NCBI RefSeq assembly: GCF_056712565.1
Contig: NZ_CM160072.1
Strand: one strand, 5' to 3'
Length of the DNA stretch: 64,000 nt
The notes beneath the pieces are model-generated. The model searched no databases, was not told where the DNA came from, and worked only from the letters and a program-made list of their open reading frames with translations. Positions 1 through 12,726 of the stretch are shown here, piece by piece (within the stretch, counting starts at the first letter, position 1; every line of letters begins with the position of its first letter). Made by a program: the position numbers and the translations under genes.

Positions 1-309
1 CACAACGAGCGTAAGAATCTCGATGTTGTGGAAACCATTTGCGAGCTGCTGGAAGAACTGGCTCCGAATAAGCCGCACGGCGTGGCGCACTATCGTGACC
101 TGATCACCTTTGTCGCTGACCGTCCGGGGCATGATCTGCGTTATGCCATTGATGCTTCGAAAATTGCCCGTGAACTTGGCTGGCTGCCGCAGGAAACCTT
201 TGAAAGTGGAATGCGTAAAACGGTGCAGTGGTATCTGGCTAATGAAAGCTGGTGGAAGCAGGTGCAGGACGGCAGCTATCAGGGCGAGCGTTTAGGTCTG
301 AAAGGCTAA
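1..309 (+). CDS. rffG: dTDP-glucose 4,6-dehydratase, C-terminal part (5' end lies outside window)
   Basis: Open frame from position 1 in phase with ORF 28..309; C-terminal sequence typical of RmlB/RffG; directly precedes rffH as in the ECA cluster. Confidence 0.8.
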
Positions 310-327
310 TTTTCAGCGGAGGCAAAC

Positions 328-1209
328 ATGAAAGGTATTATCTTGGCGGGCGGTTCCGGCACCCGATTGCATCCGATTACGCGCGGCGTATCGAAGCAAC
401 TGTTGCCGATTTACGATAAGCCAATGATTTACTATCCGCTGTCGGTGCTGATGCTAGCCGGTATCCGCGAAATTCTCATCATTACTACGCCGGAAGATAA
501 AGGTTATTTCCAGCGCCTGCTGGGTGACGGCAGTGAGTTCGGTATCCAGCTGGAATACGCCGAACAGCCCAGTCCGGACGGTCTGGCGCAGGCCTTTATC
601 ATCGGTGAAACCTTCCTCAACGGTGAACCTTCTTGTCTGGTGCTGGGCGATAACATCTTCTTCGGACAGGGCTTCAGTCCGAAGCTGCGTCATGTTGCGG
701 CGCGCACGGAAGGGGCGACGGTATTTGGCTATCAGGTGATGGACCCGGAACGCTTTGGCGTGGTGGAGTTTGACGACAATTTCCGCGCTATCTCGCTGGA
801 AGAAAAACCAAAACAGCCGAAATCAAACTGGGCGGTGACCGGGCTTTATTTCTACGACAGTAAAGTCGTGGAGTACGCAAAGCAGGTGAAGCCGTCGGAG
901 CGTGGTGAACTGGAGATTACCTCCATCAACCAGATGTACCTCGAGGCGGGCAACCTGACCGTTGAACTGCTCGGGCGCGGATTTGCCTGGCTGGATACCG
1001 GCACTCACGACAGCCTGATTGAGGCCAGCACTTTTGTGCAGACAGTAGAAAAACGCCAGGGCTTTAAGATTGCCTGCCTGGAAGAGATTGCCTGGCGTAA
1101 CGGCTGGCTCGATGACGAGGGTGTGAAGCGTGCTGCCAGTTCATTAGCGAAAACTGGCTACGGCCAATATCTGCTGGAGTTACTTCGTGCCCGTCCGCGC
1201 CAGTATTGA
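328..1209 (+). CDS. rffH: glucose-1-phosphate thymidylyltransferase
   Basis: 293 aa; N-terminal GGSGTRL nucleotidyltransferase motif; ECA cluster position. Confidence 0.9.
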   Translation: MKGIILAGGSGTRLHPITRGVSKQLLPIYDKPMIYYPLSVLMLAGIREILIITTPEDKGYFQRLLGDGSEFGIQLEYAEQPSPDGLAQAFIIGETFLNGEPSCLVLGDNIFFGQGFSPKLRHVAARTEGATVFGYQVMDPERFGVVEFDDNFRAISLEEKPKQPKSNWAVTGLYFYDSKVVEYAKQVKPSERGELEITSINQMYLEAGNLTVELLGRGFAWLDTGTHDSLIEASTFVQTVEKRQGFKIACLEEIAWRNGWLDDEGVKRAASSLAKTGYGQYLLELLRARPRQY

Positions 1210-1861
1210 GCCACTAACCTGGGAAAACGCCTTCTTTGGTGTTAACAGCGCCATCGTGCGCATTACGTCTGAAGCACCGCTCCTGACGCCAGACGCGTTA
1301 GCGCCGTGGTCACGGGTGCAGGCCAAAATTGCGGCATCAAATACGGGTGAACTGGATGCTCTGCAACAGCTGGGATTCTCCCTGGTAGAAGGTGAAGTTG
1401 ATTTGGCACTACCCGTGAACAATGTCAGTGATAGCGGTGCAGTAGTGGCACAAGAGACCGATATTCCCGCATTACGTCAGTTAGCCAGCGCCGCATTTGC
1501 GCAAAGCCGTTTTCGTGCGCCGTGGTATGCGCCTGACGCCAGCGGTCGCTTTTATGCACAGTGGATTGAAAATGCCGTGCGCGGCACCTTTGATCATCAA
1601 TGTCTGATTTTACGTGCGGCGTCCGGCGATATTCGCGGTTATGTCTCTTTACGGGAACTCAATGCGACAGATGCGCGAATTGGCCTGCTGGCTGGACGCG
1701 GTGCAGGTGCTGAGCTAATGCAAACGGCGCTAAACTGGGCGTATGCTCGCGGTAAAACAACTTTGCGGGTGGCGACCCAGATGGGCAACACCGCCGCGCT
1801 TAAACGATACATACAAAGTGGTGCGAATGTAGAAAGCACCGCGTACTGGTTATACAGGTGA
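1187..1861 (+). CDS. wecD: dTDP-fucosamine acetyltransferase
   Basis: 224 aa ORF, GTG start overlapping rffH end; ECA cluster synteny. Confidence 0.75.
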   Translation: MPVRASIEPLTWENAFFGVNSAIVRITSEAPLLTPDALAPWSRVQAKIAASNTGELDALQQLGFSLVEGEVDLALPVNNVSDSGAVVAQETDIPALRQLASAAFAQSRFRAPWYAPDASGRFYAQWIENAVRGTFDHQCLILRAASGDIRGYVSLRELNATDARIGLLAGRGAGAELMQTALNWAYARGKTTLRVATQMGNTAALKRYIQSGANVESTAYWLYR

Positions 1862-1865
1862 TCAC

Positions 1866-2996
1866 ATGATTCCATTTAACGCACCGCCGGTGGTGGGAAC
1901 CGAACTCGACTATATGCAGTCGGCAATGGGTAGCGGCAAACTGTGCGGCGATGGTGGTTTTACCCGTCGCTGCCAGCAGTGGCTGGAGCAACGTTTTGGC
2001 AGCGCCAAAGTGTTACTGACGCCATCCTGTACCGCTTCGCTGGAGATGGCGGCGCTGCTGCTCGATATCCAGCCTGGCGATGAAGTGATCATGCCGAGCT
2101 ATACCTTTGTCTCCACCGCCAATGCCTTTGTGCTGCGTGGCGCGAAAATCGTCTTTGTGGATGTTCGCCCGGACACCATGAACATCGACGAAACGCTGAT
2201 TGAAGCGGCGATCACCGACAAAACGCGCGTTATCGTGCCGGTCCATTACGCGGGTGTGGCCTGCGAAATGGACACCATTATGGCGTTGGCGAAGAAGCAT
2301 AATCTGTTTGTGGTGGAAGATGCCGCTCAGGGCGTGATGTCCACTTACAAAGGGCGTGCGCTGGGAACCATTGGTCATATTGGCTGCTTTAGCTTCCATG
2401 AAACCAAAAACTACACGGCGGGTGGTGAAGGCGGCGCGACGCTGATTAACGATAAAGCGTTGATCGAACGAGCCGAGATCATCCGTGAAAAAGGCACAAA
2501 CCGCAGCCAGTTCTTCCGTGGTCAGGTCGATAAATATACCTGGCGCGATATTGGCTCCAGCTATTTGATGTCCGATCTGCAAGCTGCGTACCTGTGGGCG
2601 CAACTGGAAGCTGCGGATCGTATCAACCAGCAACGTCTGGCGCTGTGGCAAAACTACTACGATGCGCTGGCGCCTCTGGCAAAAAATGGGCGTATCGAGC
2701 TGCCGTCGATTCCCGATGGCTGCGTGCAGAACGCGCATATGTTCTACATTAAACTGCGGGATATTGATGACCGGAGCGCATTGATTAACTTTCTGAAAGA
2801 AGCGGAAATCATGGCGGTGTTCCATTACATTCCGCTGCACGGTTGCCCTGCGGGGGAACGCTTTGGTGAGTTCCACGGTGAAGATCGCTACACCACCAAA
2901 GAGAGCGAGCGCCTGCTGCGCCTGCCGTTGTTCTACAACCTGTCGCCCGTCAATCAGCGTACGGTAATTGCGACCTTGTTGAACTACTTCTCCTGA
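1866..2996 (+). CDS. wecE: dTDP-4-amino-4,6-dideoxygalactose transaminase (DegT/DnrJ family)
   Basis: 376 aa; aminotransferase-like sequence; synteny. Confidence 0.85.
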   Translation: MIPFNAPPVVGTELDYMQSAMGSGKLCGDGGFTRRCQQWLEQRFGSAKVLLTPSCTASLEMAALLLDIQPGDEVIMPSYTFVSTANAFVLRGAKIVFVDVRPDTMNIDETLIEAAITDKTRVIVPVHYAGVACEMDTIMALAKKHNLFVVEDAAQGVMSTYKGRALGTIGHIGCFSFHETKNYTAGGEGGATLINDKALIERAEIIREKGTNRSQFFRGQVDKYTWRDIGSSYLMSDLQAAYLWAQLEAADRINQQRLALWQNYYDALAPLAKNGRIELPSIPDGCVQNAHMFYIKLRDIDDRSALINFLKEAEIMAVFHYIPLHGCPAGERFGEFHGEDRYTTKESERLLRLPLFYNLSPVNQRTVIATLLNYFS

Positions 2997-2997
2997 T

Positions 2998-4248
2998 ATG
3001 TCGTTGGCAAAAGCGTCCTTGTGGACGGCGGCCAGTACACTGGTCAAGATTGGTGCCGGGTTACTGGTCGGTAAGTTGCTGGCAGTGTCATTTGGTCCGG
3101 CGGGGCTTGGGCTGGCGGCAAATTTCCGCCAGTTGATTACCGTGCTCGGCGTGCTTGCCGGGGCAGGCATCTTTAACGGCGTAACCAAATACGTTGCCCA
3201 GTATCATGATAATCCCCAACAGCTGCGCCGCGTGGTCGGCACTTCATCAGCGATGGTACTTGGCTTCTCTACGCTAATGGCGCTGGTTTTTGTGCTGGCA
3301 GCTGCGCTAATCAGCCAGGGGTTGTTTGGTAATACCGACTATCAGGGGCTGGTGCGTTTAGTGGCGCTGGTGCAAATGGGGATTGCCTGGGGCAACCTGT
3401 TACTGGCGTTGATGAAAGGCTTTCGCGATGCCGCAGGTAATGCGTTATCTCTGATTGTCGGTAGCTTGATTGGCGTTCTCGCGTACTACGTCAGTTATCG
3501 TTTGGGCGGTTATGAAGGGGCGTTGCTGGGTCTGGCGCTGATTCCCGCGCTGGTGGTAATTCCTGCTGTTATCATGTTGATCAAACGTGGTGTCATCCCG
3601 TTAAGCTATCTGAAACCCAGCTGGGATAACGGTCTGGCAGGGCAGTTGAGCAAATTTACGCTCATGGCGTTGATTACGTCGGTGACCTTGCCTGTTGCTT
3701 ACATCATGATGCGTAAACTGCTGGCGGCGCAGTATAGCTGGGATGAAGTGGGGATCTGGCAAGGGGTGAGCAGTATTTCCGATGCCTACCTGCAATTTAT
3801 TACGGCATCGTTCAGCGTATATTTGCTGCCCACGTTGTCGCGGTTAACGGAAAAGCGCGATATCACCCGGGAAGTGGTTAAATCGCTGAAATTCGTCTTA
3901 CCGGCAGTGGCGGCGGCGAGTTTTACCGTCTGGTTGCTGCGTGATTTTGCTATCTGGCTGCTGTTGTCGAATAAATTTACCGCTATGCGCGATCTCTTTG
4001 CCTGGCAGTTGGTGGGTGATGTGTTAAAAGTGGGCGCTTATGTCTTTGGTTATCTGGTGATCGCCAAAGCGTCACTGCGGTTTTATATTCTGGCGGAAAT
4101 CAGCCAGTTCACTTTATTGATGGTATTTGCCCACTGGCTAATCCCTGCGCATGGCGCACTGGGCGCAGCACAGGCCTATATGGCAACCTATATCGTCTAT
4201 TTTTCTCTTTGTTGTGGCGTGTTTTTACTCTGGCGTAGGTGGGCATGA
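2998..4248 (+). CDS. wzxE: lipid III flippase
   Basis: 416 aa polytopic membrane protein; synteny. Confidence 0.85.
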   Translation: MSLAKASLWTAASTLVKIGAGLLVGKLLAVSFGPAGLGLAANFRQLITVLGVLAGAGIFNGVTKYVAQYHDNPQQLRRVVGTSSAMVLGFSTLMALVFVLAAALISQGLFGNTDYQGLVRLVALVQMGIAWGNLLLALMKGFRDAAGNALSLIVGSLIGVLAYYVSYRLGGYEGALLGLALIPALVVIPAVIMLIKRGVIPLSYLKPSWDNGLAGQLSKFTLMALITSVTLPVAYIMMRKLLAAQYSWDEVGIWQGVSSISDAYLQFITASFSVYLLPTLSRLTEKRDITREVVKSLKFVLPAVAAASFTVWLLRDFAIWLLLSNKFTAMRDLFAWQLVGDVLKVGAYVFGYLVIAKASLRFYILAEISQFTLLMVFAHWLIPAHGALGAAQAYMATYIVYFSLCCGVFLLWRRWA

Positions 4249-5324
4249 CTGTACTGATTCACGTACTGGGATCGGATATCCCTCACCATAACCGAACCGT
4301 TCTGCGGTTTTTCAACGACGCGCTGGCCGCGACGAGCGGGCACGCGCGCGAGTTTATGGTTGCTGGCAAGGACGACGGCTTAAGTGATAGCTGTCCGGCG
4401 CTTTCTGTGCAATTTTTCCCTGGGAAAAAATCGCTGGCGGAAGCGGTCATCGCGAAAGCAAAAGCTAACCGTCAGCAGCGATTTTTTTTCCACGGTCAGT
4501 TCAATCCCAAACTGTGGCTGGCTCTGCTGAGTGGTGGCATTAAGCCCAGCCAGTTTTTCTGGCATATCTGGGGAGCAGACCTGTATGAGCTTTCCAGTGG
4601 CTTGAGATATAAGCTTTTTTACCCGCTACGTCGCCTGGCGCAAAAGAGAGTCGGCTGTGTATTTGCCACCCGCGGTGATTTGAGCTTTTTTGCCAAAACG
4701 CATCCAAAGGTGCGGGGAGAACTGCTGTACTTCCCGACGCGGATGGACCCTTCTCTTAATACGATGGCGAACGATCGGCAACGTGAAGGAAAAATGACCA
4801 TTCTGGTGGGGAACTCCGGTGACCGCAGCAATGAGCATATTGCTGCCTTGCGCGCCGTTCATCAGCAATTTGGCGATACGGTAAAAGTGGTGGTGCCGAT
4901 GGGATATCCGCCTAATAACGAAGCGTACATCGAGGAAGTTCGTCAGGCGGGACTGGAGTTATTCAGCGAAGAAAACCTACAAGTTCTGAGCGAAAAACTG
5001 GAATTTGACGCCTATCTGACGCTACTTCGCCAGTGCGATCTCGGTTACTTTATTTTTGCCCGCCAGCAGGGCATTGGTACGCTTTGCTTACTGATTCAGG
5101 CGGGCATTCCTTGCGTGCTTAACCGGGAAAATCCGTTCTGGCAGGATATGACGGAACAGCATTTGCCAGTACTGTTTACTACCGATGATCTCAACGAGGA
5201 TATTGTGCGTGAAGCGCAGCGCCAGTTGGCGTCGGTGGATAAAAACACCATTGCCTTCTTTAGCCCTAACTATCTACAAGGCTGGCAGCGGGCGTTGGCG
5301 ATTGCCGCCGGGGAGGTCGCATGA
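4245..5324 (+). CDS. wecF: TDP-Fuc4NAc:lipid II Fuc4NAc transferase
   Basis: Start placed at MTVLIHVLG (ORF track begins 2 codons earlier); 359 aa; synteny. Confidence 0.8.
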   Translation: MTVLIHVLGSDIPHHNRTVLRFFNDALAATSGHAREFMVAGKDDGLSDSCPALSVQFFPGKKSLAEAVIAKAKANRQQRFFFHGQFNPKLWLALLSGGIKPSQFFWHIWGADLYELSSGLRYKLFYPLRRLAQKRVGCVFATRGDLSFFAKTHPKVRGELLYFPTRMDPSLNTMANDRQREGKMTILVGNSGDRSNEHIAALRAVHQQFGDTVKVVVPMGYPPNNEAYIEEVRQAGLELFSEENLQVLSEKLEFDAYLTLLRQCDLGYFIFARQQGIGTLCLLIQAGIPCVLNRENPFWQDMTEQHLPVLFTTDDLNEDIVREAQRQLASVDKNTIAFFSPNYLQGWQRALAIAAGEVA

Positions 5325-6673
5325 GTCTGCTGCAATTCAGTGGCCTGTTTGTTGTCTGGCTGCTCTGCACGCTGTTTATTGCCACGCTGACCTGGTTTGA
5401 GTTTCGCCGTGTGCGCTTTAACTTCAATGTCTTCTTTTCATTGCTGTTTTTGCTCACCTTTTTCTTCGGCTTTCCGCTGACCAGCGTGCTGGTATTTCGC
5501 TTTGATGTTGGTGTCGCGCCGCCAGAAATCTTGTTGCAGGCGTTGCTTTCTGCAGGCTGCTTCTACGCGGTTTACTATGTCACCTACAAAACCCGTCTAC
5601 GCAAACGCGTTGCTGATGCACCGCGCCGTCCGCTGTTTACCATGAACCGCGTGGAGACCAATCTCACGTGGGTGATCCTGATGGGCATCGCTCTGGTGAG
5701 CGTCGGCATCTTCTTCATGCACAACGGCTTTTTGCTGTTCCGGCTTAATTCTTACAGTCAGATCTTTTCCAGCGAAGTCTCCGGCGTGGCATTAAAACGC
5801 TTCTTTTACTTTTTCATCCCGGCGATGCTGGTGGTTTATTTTCTGCGCCAGGATAGCAAAGCGTGGCTGTTTTTCCTCGTCAGCACGGTTGCCTTTGGCT
5901 TGTTGACTTACATGATTGTCGGCGGCACTCGCGCCAATATCATCATCGCATTCGCTATCTTCCTGTTTATTGGCATTATTCGCGGCTGGATTTCGTTGTG
6001 GATGCTGGCGGCGGCGGGCGTGCTGGGGATTGTGGGCATGTTCTGGCTGGCGCTAAAACGCTATGGAATGAATGTGAGCGGCGATGAAGCGTTCTATACG
6101 TTTCTCTATCTCACTCGCGACACCTTCTCGCCGTGGGAGAATCTGGCGTTGCTGTTGCAGAACTACGACAACATCGACTTCCAGGGCCTGGCTCCAATTG
6201 TCCGCGATTTCTATGTCTTTATCCCTTCCTGGCTGTGGCCGGGTCGCCCGAGTATGGTGCTGAACTCCGCCAACTACTTTACCTGGGAAGTGCTGAATAA
6301 CCACTCCGGACTGGCGATCTCGCCTACGCTTATAGGCTCACTGGTTGTTATGGGCGGCGCGTTGTTCATCCCGCTCGGGGCGATTGTGGTTGGACTGATT
6401 ATCAAATGGTTCGACTGGCTGTATGAGCTGGGCAACCGCGAGACTAATCGCTATAAGGCTGCGATATTGCACAGTTTCTGCTTCGGGGCGATCTTCAATA
6501 TGATCGTGCTGGCGCGTGAAGGGCTGGATTCGTTTGTCTCACGCGTGGTCTTTTTTATCGTGGTCTTCGGCGCATGTCTGATGATCGCAAAACTGTTGTA
6601 CTGGCTTTTTGAAAGCGCCGGACTCATTCATAAACGAACAAAATCATCGCTCCGGACGCAGGTTGAAGGATAA
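5321..6673 (+). CDS. wzyE: ECA polymerase
   Basis: 450 aa polytopic membrane protein; synteny. Confidence 0.85.
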
Positions 6674-6675
6674 CA

Positions 6676-7416
6676 ATGAATAACAACACCACGGCACCGA
6701 CCTATACGCTGCGTGGCTTACAGTTGATTGGTTGGCGTGATATGCAGCACGCCCTCGATTATCTGTTCGCTGACGGGCAGCTTAAGCAGGGAACGCTGGT
6801 TGCCATTAATGCCGAAAAAATGCTGACCATTGAAGATAACGCTGAGGTCAGGGAGTTAATTAACGCTGCCGAATTTAAATATGCGGATGGCATAAGCGTT
6901 GTACGTTCAGTACGTAAAAAGTACCCGCAGGCGCAGGTTTCCCGCGTTGCTGGGGCCGATCTCTGGGAAGAGCTGATGGCGCGCGCAGGCAAAGAAGGGA
7001 CACAGGTATTTCTTGTGGGCGGTAAACCTGAAGTGCTGGCGCAAACTGAAGCTAAACTGCGCAACCAGTGGAATGTGAATATCGTTGGCAGTCAGGATGG
7101 TTATTTTAAACCCGAGCAGCGTCAGGCGCTGTTTGAACGCATTCATGCCAGCGGAGCGCAAATCGTCACCGTTGCGATGGGAGCGCCAAAGCAGGAGATC
7201 TTCATGCGCGACTGCCGTCTGGTGCATCCAGATGCGCTGTATATGGGCGTTGGCGGGACCTACGATGTTTTCACCGGTCACGTAAAACGCGCACCGAAAA
7301 TCTGGCAAACGCTGGGGCTGGAGTGGCTCTACCGCCTGCTTTCGCAGCCGAGCCGCATTAAGCGTCAGCTTCGTTTGCTGCGTTATTTACGCTGGCATTA
7401 CACCGGCAACCTCTGA
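6676..7416 (+). CDS. wecG: UDP-ManNAcA:lipid I transferase
   Basis: 246 aa; last gene of ECA cluster. Confidence 0.85.
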
Positions 7417-7434
7417 TTTTCCTCTCTTTGTAAA

Positions 7435-7472
7435 GCGACGGAGTGGTCACTTCGTCGCCTGTCTGCTTTTTT
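7435..7472 (+). terminator. possible terminator after wecG
   Basis: gcgacg...cgtcgc inverted repeat followed a few nt later by a T6 run. Confidence 0.35.
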
Positions 7473-7606
7473 ATTACACAAAGCATTCAAATTTTTAATG
7501 CTTTATTTGCCATTTCTCCTGAATTACGAAAACATTCGCAACACTCGATGTACCCATAACGATAAACGGTAACACCGGAAAGCATGCAAACACAACACGA
7601 GGATTT

Positions 7607-8992
7607 ATGGCAGATAACAAACCAGAGCTACAGCGTGGGCTGGAAGCTCGACATATCGAACTCATCGCCCTGGGGGGCACCATTGGCGTCGGCCTGTTTA
7701 TGGGGGCCGCCAGTACCCTGAAATGGGCCGGGCCATCCGTATTGTTGGCCTATATCATCGCCGGGCTGTTCGTCTTTTTCATCATGCGTTCAATGGGCGA
7801 AATGTTGTTCCTCGAACCGGTTACCGGTTCGTTCGCCGTTTACGCGCATCGTTATATGAGCCCGTTCTTTGGTTATCTCACCGCCTGGTCTTACTGGTTT
7901 ATGTGGATGGCGGTGGGGATCTCAGAAATCACCGCCATTGGCGTTTATGTCCAGTTCTGGTTCCCGGAGATGGCGCAGTGGATACCCGCATTGATCGCGG
8001 TGGCGCTGGTGGCGTTGGCGAATCTGGCTGCGGTGAGGTTGTACGGCGAAATCGAGTTCTGGTTCGCGATGATCAAAGTCACCACGATTATCGTGATGAT
8101 TGTCATTGGCCTGGGCGTGATTTTCTTTGGCTTTGGCAATGGCGGGCAGTCGATTGGTTTTAGCAATCTCACAGAGCATGGCGGTTTCTTTGCTGGTGGC
8201 TGGAAAGGGTTCCTGACCGCATTGTGTATTGTGGTGGCGTCCTACCAGGGCGTGGAGCTGATTGGCATTACTGCCGGTGAAGCGAAGAATCCGCAGGTGA
8301 CGCTGCGCAGTGCCGTAGGCAAGGTGCTGTGGCGAATCCTGATTTTCTACGTTGGCGCGATTTTCGTTATCGTTACTATCTTCCCGTGGAATGAAATAGG
8401 CAGCAACGGTAGCCCGTTCGTACTGACTTTCGCCAAAATCGGCATTACCGCAGCGGCGGGCATTATCAACTTTGTGGTTCTGACGGCTGCGCTCTCTGGC
8501 TGTAACAGCGGCATGTACAGTTGCGGACGTATGCTCTACGCACTGGCGAAAAACCGTCAGTTACCGGCGGCAATGGCGAAAGTTTCCCGTCACGGCGTAC
8601 CGGTTGCGGGTGTGGCAGTATCTATTGCTATTCTGCTAATTGGCTCATGCCTGAACTACATCATTCCCAATCCGCAGCGTGTGTTTGTTTACGTCTACAG
8701 TGCCAGCGTGCTTCCGGGGATGGTGCCATGGTTTGTGATATTGATAAGCCAGCTGCGTTTTCGTCGTGCGCATAAAGCAGCAATTGCCAGCCATCCGTTC
8801 CGCTCAATCCTGTTCCCTTGGGCCAACTACGTAACAATGGCATTCCTGATTTGCGTTTTGATCGGCATGTACTTTAATGAAGATACGCGTATGTCGCTGT
8901 TTGTCGGCATCATCTTTATGCTGGTGGTGACGGCGATTTATAAAGTTTTTGGGCTTAATCGCCACGGTAAAGCGCATAAACTGGAGGAATAA
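7607..8992 (+). CDS. yifK: APC-family amino acid permease
   Basis: 461 aa, 12-TM permease sequence; synteny. Confidence 0.85.
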   Translation: MADNKPELQRGLEARHIELIALGGTIGVGLFMGAASTLKWAGPSVLLAYIIAGLFVFFIMRSMGEMLFLEPVTGSFAVYAHRYMSPFFGYLTAWSYWFMWMAVGISEITAIGVYVQFWFPEMAQWIPALIAVALVALANLAAVRLYGEIEFWFAMIKVTTIIVMIVIGLGVIFFGFGNGGQSIGFSNLTEHGGFFAGGWKGFLTALCIVVASYQGVELIGITAGEAKNPQVTLRSAVGKVLWRILIFYVGAIFVIVTIFPWNEIGSNGSPFVLTFAKIGITAAAGIINFVVLTAALSGCNSGMYSCGRMLYALAKNRQLPAAMAKVSRHGVPVAGVAVSIAILLIGSCLNYIIPNPQRVFVYVYSASVLPGMVPWFVILISQLRFRRAHKAAIASHPFRSILFPWANYVTMAFLICVLIGMYFNEDTRMSLFVGIIFMLVVTAIYKVFGLNRHGKAHKLEE

Positions 8993-9044
8993 GCAGCAAA
9001 ACGCACAAACCGTAACCAAACGCGCAATTTATTTAAAAAGGGAC

Positions 9045-9073
9045 TAGACAGAGGGGTGGGAAGTCCGTATTAT
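9045..9073 (+). promoter_or_regulatory. candidate sigma70 promoter of the tRNA operon
   Basis: TAGACA, 17 bp spacer, TATTAT, then GC-rich discriminator about 20 bp upstream of mature tRNA-Arg. Confidence 0.45.
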
Positions 9074-9094
9074 CCACCCCCGCAACGGCGCTAA

Positions 9095-9171
<77 letters not shown>

Positions 9172-9228
9172 TTTAGTCCCGGCGCTTGAGCTGCGGTGGT
9201 AGTAATACCGCGTAACAAGATTTGTAGT

Positions 9229-9305
9229 GGTGGCTATAGCTCAGTTGGTAGAGCCCTGGATTGTGATTCCAGTTGTCGTGGGTTCGAATCCCATTAGCCA
9301 CCCCA
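9229..9305 (+). tRNA. hisR: tRNA-His (anticodon GUG)
   Basis: Extra 5' G characteristic of tRNA-His; anticodon loop TTGTGAT; ends CCA. Confidence 0.9.
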
Positions 9306-9325
9306 TTATTAGAAGTTGTGACAAT

Positions 9326-9412
9326 GCGAAGGTGGCGGAATTGGTAGACGCGCTAGCTTCAGGTGTTAGTGTCCTTACGGACGTGGGGGTTCAAGTCCCC
9401 CCCCTCGCACCA
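9326..9412 (+). tRNA. leuT: tRNA-Leu (anticodon CAG)
   Basis: 87 nt with long variable arm; anticodon CAG; ends CCA. Confidence 0.9.
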
Positions 9413-9454
9413 CGACTTTAAAGAATTGAACTAAAAATTCAAAAAGCAGTATTT

Positions 9455-9531
9455 CGGCGAGTAGCGCAGCTTGGTAGCGCAACTGGTTTGGGACCAGTGG
9501 GTCGGAGGTTCGAATCCTCTCTCGCCGACCA
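9455..9531 (+). tRNA. proM: tRNA-Pro (anticodon UGG)
   Basis: 77 nt; anticodon loop TTTGGGA; ends CCA. Confidence 0.9.
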
Positions 9532-9537
9532 ATTTTG

Positions 9538-9566
9538 AACCCCGCTTCGGCGGGGTTTTTTGTTTT
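9538..9566 (+). terminator. rho-independent terminator of tRNA operon
   Basis: aaccccgc-ttcg-gcggggtt hairpin followed by a T-run. Confidence 0.8.
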
Positions 9567-9677
9567 CTGTGCATTTCGTCACTTTCCCTTCGCAATAAAC
9601 GCCCGTAATAACGTATTGCGCCACGGTATGATTTCGCCCTTAACTTATTGAAGGATGACTTCAGGCAAGGAGCGACC

Positions 9678-10913
9678 ATGCAGCAACAGGTTCCAACGCG
9701 TGCTTTTCATGTGATGGCGAAACCGAGCGGTTCTGATTGTAATCTGAACTGTGACTACTGTTTTTATCTCGAAAAACAATCCCTTTACCACGAAAAGCCA
9801 GTCACGCATATGGACGATGACACGCTGGAAGCGTATGTCCGTCACTATATCGCTGCCAGCGAAACCCAAAACGAAGTGGCTTTTACCTGGCAGGGCGGCG
9901 AACCAACGTTACTCGGGCTGGATTTTTACCGCCGTGCCGTGGCGCTACAGGCGAAATATGGTGCTGGCAGGAAGATAAGTAATAGCTTCCAGACTAACGG
10001 CGTGCTGCTCGATGACGAATGGTGTGCATTTCTGGCAGAAAATCATTTTCTTGTAGGGTTATCGCTGGATGGTCCGGCTGAGATCCACAATCAATATCGC
10101 GTGACCAAAGGTGGCAGACCAACGCATAAGCTGGTGATGCGTGCTCTGACGCTCCTGCAAAAACATCATGTCGACTATAACGTGCTGGTCTGCGTCAATC
10201 GCACCAGTGCGTTACAACCTTTGCAAGTCTATGATTTTCTGTGTGATGCAGGTGTTGAGTTCATCCAGTTTATTCCGGTGGTCGAGCGCCTGGCTGATGA
10301 AACGGCTGCTCATGCTGGACTTAAGCTACATGCTCCCGGCGATATTCAGGGCGAACTGACGGAATGGTCGGTGTGCCCGCAAGAGTTCGGTGAGTTTCTG
10401 GTGGCGATTTTCGACCACTGGATTAAGCGCGACGTCGGCAAGGTTTTCGTAATGAATATCGAATGGGCGTTCGCCAATTTTGTCGGCGCACCGGGCGCGG
10501 TTTGCCATCATCAGCCAACCTGTGGGCGCTCGGTGATTGTTGAACACAACGGCGATGTTTACGCCTGCGATCACTATGTTTATCCGCAGTATCGACTAGG
10601 GAATATGCTTCAGCAGACGATTGCAGAAATGATTGATTCCCCGCAACAGCAGGCATTTGGTGAAGATAAATTCAAGCAGTTACCGGCACAGTGTCGCAGT
10701 TGCAACGTGTTAAAAGCGTGCTGGGGAGGCTGCCCGAAACACCGCTTTATGCTCGATGCCAGCGGCAAACCCGGGCTGAATTATTTGTGTGCCGGGTATC
10801 AGCGTTATTTCCGCCATCTACCGCCATATCTTAAAGCAATGGCTGATTTGCTGGCGCACGGTCGTCCGGCCAGCGACATTATGCAGGCGCATTTGATGGT
10901 GGTGAATAAGTAG
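9678..10913 (+). CDS. aslB: anaerobic sulfatase-maturating enzyme homolog (radical SAM)
   Basis: CxxxCxxC radical-SAM motif (CNLNCDYC); start placed at ATG 7 nt after an AGGAG, 10 codons inside the ORF-track start. Confidence 0.8.
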   Translation: MQQQVPTRAFHVMAKPSGSDCNLNCDYCFYLEKQSLYHEKPVTHMDDDTLEAYVRHYIAASETQNEVAFTWQGGEPTLLGLDFYRRAVALQAKYGAGRKISNSFQTNGVLLDDEWCAFLAENHFLVGLSLDGPAEIHNQYRVTKGGRPTHKLVMRALTLLQKHHVDYNVLVCVNRTSALQPLQVYDFLCDAGVEFIQFIPVVERLADETAAHAGLKLHAPGDIQGELTEWSVCPQEFGEFLVAIFDHWIKRDVGKVFVMNIEWAFANFVGAPGAVCHHQPTCGRSVIVEHNGDVYACDHYVYPQYRLGNMLQQTIAEMIDSPQQQAFGEDKFKQLPAQCRSCNVLKACWGGCPKHRFMLDASGKPGLNYLCAGYQRYFRHLPPYLKAMADLLAHGRPASDIMQAHLMVVNK

Positions 10914-10939
10914 AAATCGGCGGCCGCCTGCGGTTGATT

Positions 10940-11043
10940 GCCGGATGCGGCGTGAACGCCTTATCCGGCCTACAATCATTGCAAATTCAATAAATTGCAG
11001 CGTTCTGTAGGCTGGATAAGATGCGTCAGCATCGCATCCGGCA
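10940..11043. repeat. REP/BIME palindromic unit pair
   Basis: gccggatgcggcgtgaacgccttatccggcctaca and an inverted copy tgtaggctggataagatgcgtcagcatcgcatccggca. Confidence 0.6.
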
Positions 11044-11070
11044 AAGGCAGATCTCAGCGATAGCGCCGGC

Positions 11071-12726
11071 TTAGTCAGATTTAATCTGCGCGCGTGGTGG
11101 ATATTTTTTCAGGATCTCCATATACGCGTGCATTTCGGTCTGTAGCGGTACACCCATCGGAATATGGCGCACGCCGATAGAGTCGCTTTCCTGCGGATCG
11201 GTGTACAGGTTAAACACCGACGATCCCGCCGTTTGCATTACTGTGCCGGTGAATCCACCCTGATATCCGCTCTGGGTATAAGCGTAAGGTTGCTGAATCA
11301 GGACGTGATACTTGAACTCATCCATACGCACAGCAGAAAGTTTACCGTTGAGGAAGTAGTGCTCGGCCTTACGGTTAGACTGACCATTTGTTCCCAGGAA
11401 GAAAGATGTCTGGTCCACACCATCGATAAAGGTGGTTTTCGGTACTAAATTCGCTACTTTCGCCCCAGGATGCCCCGCCAGATCCAGCGCCGTAGGGAAG
11501 AGATCCGCCAGATCGACAATGCCGTCAGATTTACGCGGTTGGATCATGCCTTTCCAGTAAACGAAGGTTGGCACACGAACGCCGCCTTCCCATGTAGAAC
11601 CTTTCGCACCGCGGAACGGCGTGCGACCGTGCGGCGGAACTTCGGCTTCCGGACCGTTATCAGAGGTGAACACAATCAGCGTGTTATCAAGCTGACCGTT
11701 TTTCTCCAGTGCTTTATACAGATTGGCGAAGATATCGTTCATCTCCACCATGCAGTCGCCGTAAGAGGTGCGCGCCGGAGAGCTACCCGCATATTTGGCG
11801 TTCGGGTAGTTATCGAAGTGACAGCCGCGAGTGCCGTAATAGAGGAAGAAAGGCTTATCACTCTTCGCCATCTTGTCGAGGAACTTAACGCCATATTCCA
11901 TCCAGCGTTGATCCAGGTCTTCCATATATTTCGGCGTAATGTCGGCAATGGCTTCCTGTTCACCGCCGCGCACGGCATGAACGTCATCTTTGCTGAACGG
12001 CAGTTTTTGGATGTATTCAGAACGAGCCGGGCTCAGGGCGACTTCCGGGTTGACATGAACATCACGCCATTCGGTATACATATCGGACACCGAGTTAAAG
12101 CCGCGGAAATCATCAAAGCCAACGTTCTGCGGCTGCGACTCTTTGTTTTCCCCCATATGCCATTTCCCGATAGCCTGGGTGACGTAGCCCTGATCGTGCA
12201 GCAACTGCGGCAGCGTGGTTAACCCTTGCAGACCGCCCGGTTGCCCGTACATTGGCGGCATCAGAATGCCGTGGTGGATGGAGTATTGTCCGGTGAGAAT
12301 CGTGGCGCGGGTTGGGGAAGAACTCGGTTGAGAATACGCCGAAGTTAAAATCAGCCCCTGGCTGGCAACGGCGTCGATATCTGGTGTAGGGTTACCCACC
12401 GCCACGCCGCCGCCGTTAAAGCCAACGTCCATCCAGCCCACATCATCCAGCAAGAAAACAACCACGTTCGGTTTCTTACCGGTTTTTTTCTCAAGTTCCG
12501 CCAGTTTCTGCTGGGTTTCTTTGTCTTGTGCAGGATGCTGCATCACCGGCATCATGTTGTCGGCAATAGTGGTCGCCGGTTTAACCAGATACTGGTTTGG
12601 GTGATCGTATCCGGCAAAGCCTTTGCGTGCGGTGGCGGTTGACGGGGTATCTGCTGCGCTGGCTATGAGAGGAAGAGCTGCGGCGACAGCAACAACAAGA
12701 AGTTTGGGTGAAAACGAAAATTCCAT
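11071..12726 (-). CDS. aslA: arylsulfatase-family protein
   Basis: 551 aa with signal peptide; sulfatase-family sequence; paired with aslB. Confidence 0.85.
   Translation of the reverse strand: MEFSFSPKLLVVAVAAALPLIASAADTPSTATARKGFAGYDHPNQYLVKPATTIADNMMPVMQHPAQDKETQQKLAELEKKTGKKPNVVVFLLDDVGWMDVGFNGGGVAVGNPTPDIDAVASQGLILTSAYSQPSSSPTRATILTGQYSIHHGILMPPMYGQPGGLQGLTTLPQLLHDQGYVTQAIGKWHMGENKESQPQNVGFDDFRGFNSVSDMYTEWRDVHVNPEVALSPARSEYIQKLPFSKDDVHAVRGGEQEAIADITPKYMEDLDQRWMEYGVKFLDKMAKSDKPFFLYYGTRGCHFDNYPNAKYAGSSPARTSYGDCMVEMNDIFANLYKALEKNGQLDNTLIVFTSDNGPEAEVPPHGRTPFRGAKGSTWEGGVRVPTFVYWKGMIQPRKSDGIVDLADLFPTALDLAGHPGAKVANLVPKTTFIDGVDQTSFFLGTNGQSNRKAEHYFLNGKLSAVRMDEFKYHVLIQQPYAYTQSGYQGGFTGTVMQTAGSSVFNLYTDPQESDSIGVRHIPMGVPLQTEMHAYMEILKKYPPRAQIKSD

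Noticed and set aside
2013-3188. 391 aa minus-strand ORF antisense to wecE/wzxE
   Set aside because: Lies entirely opposite two well-supported ECA genes; no RBS or recognisable domain; typical antisense open frame
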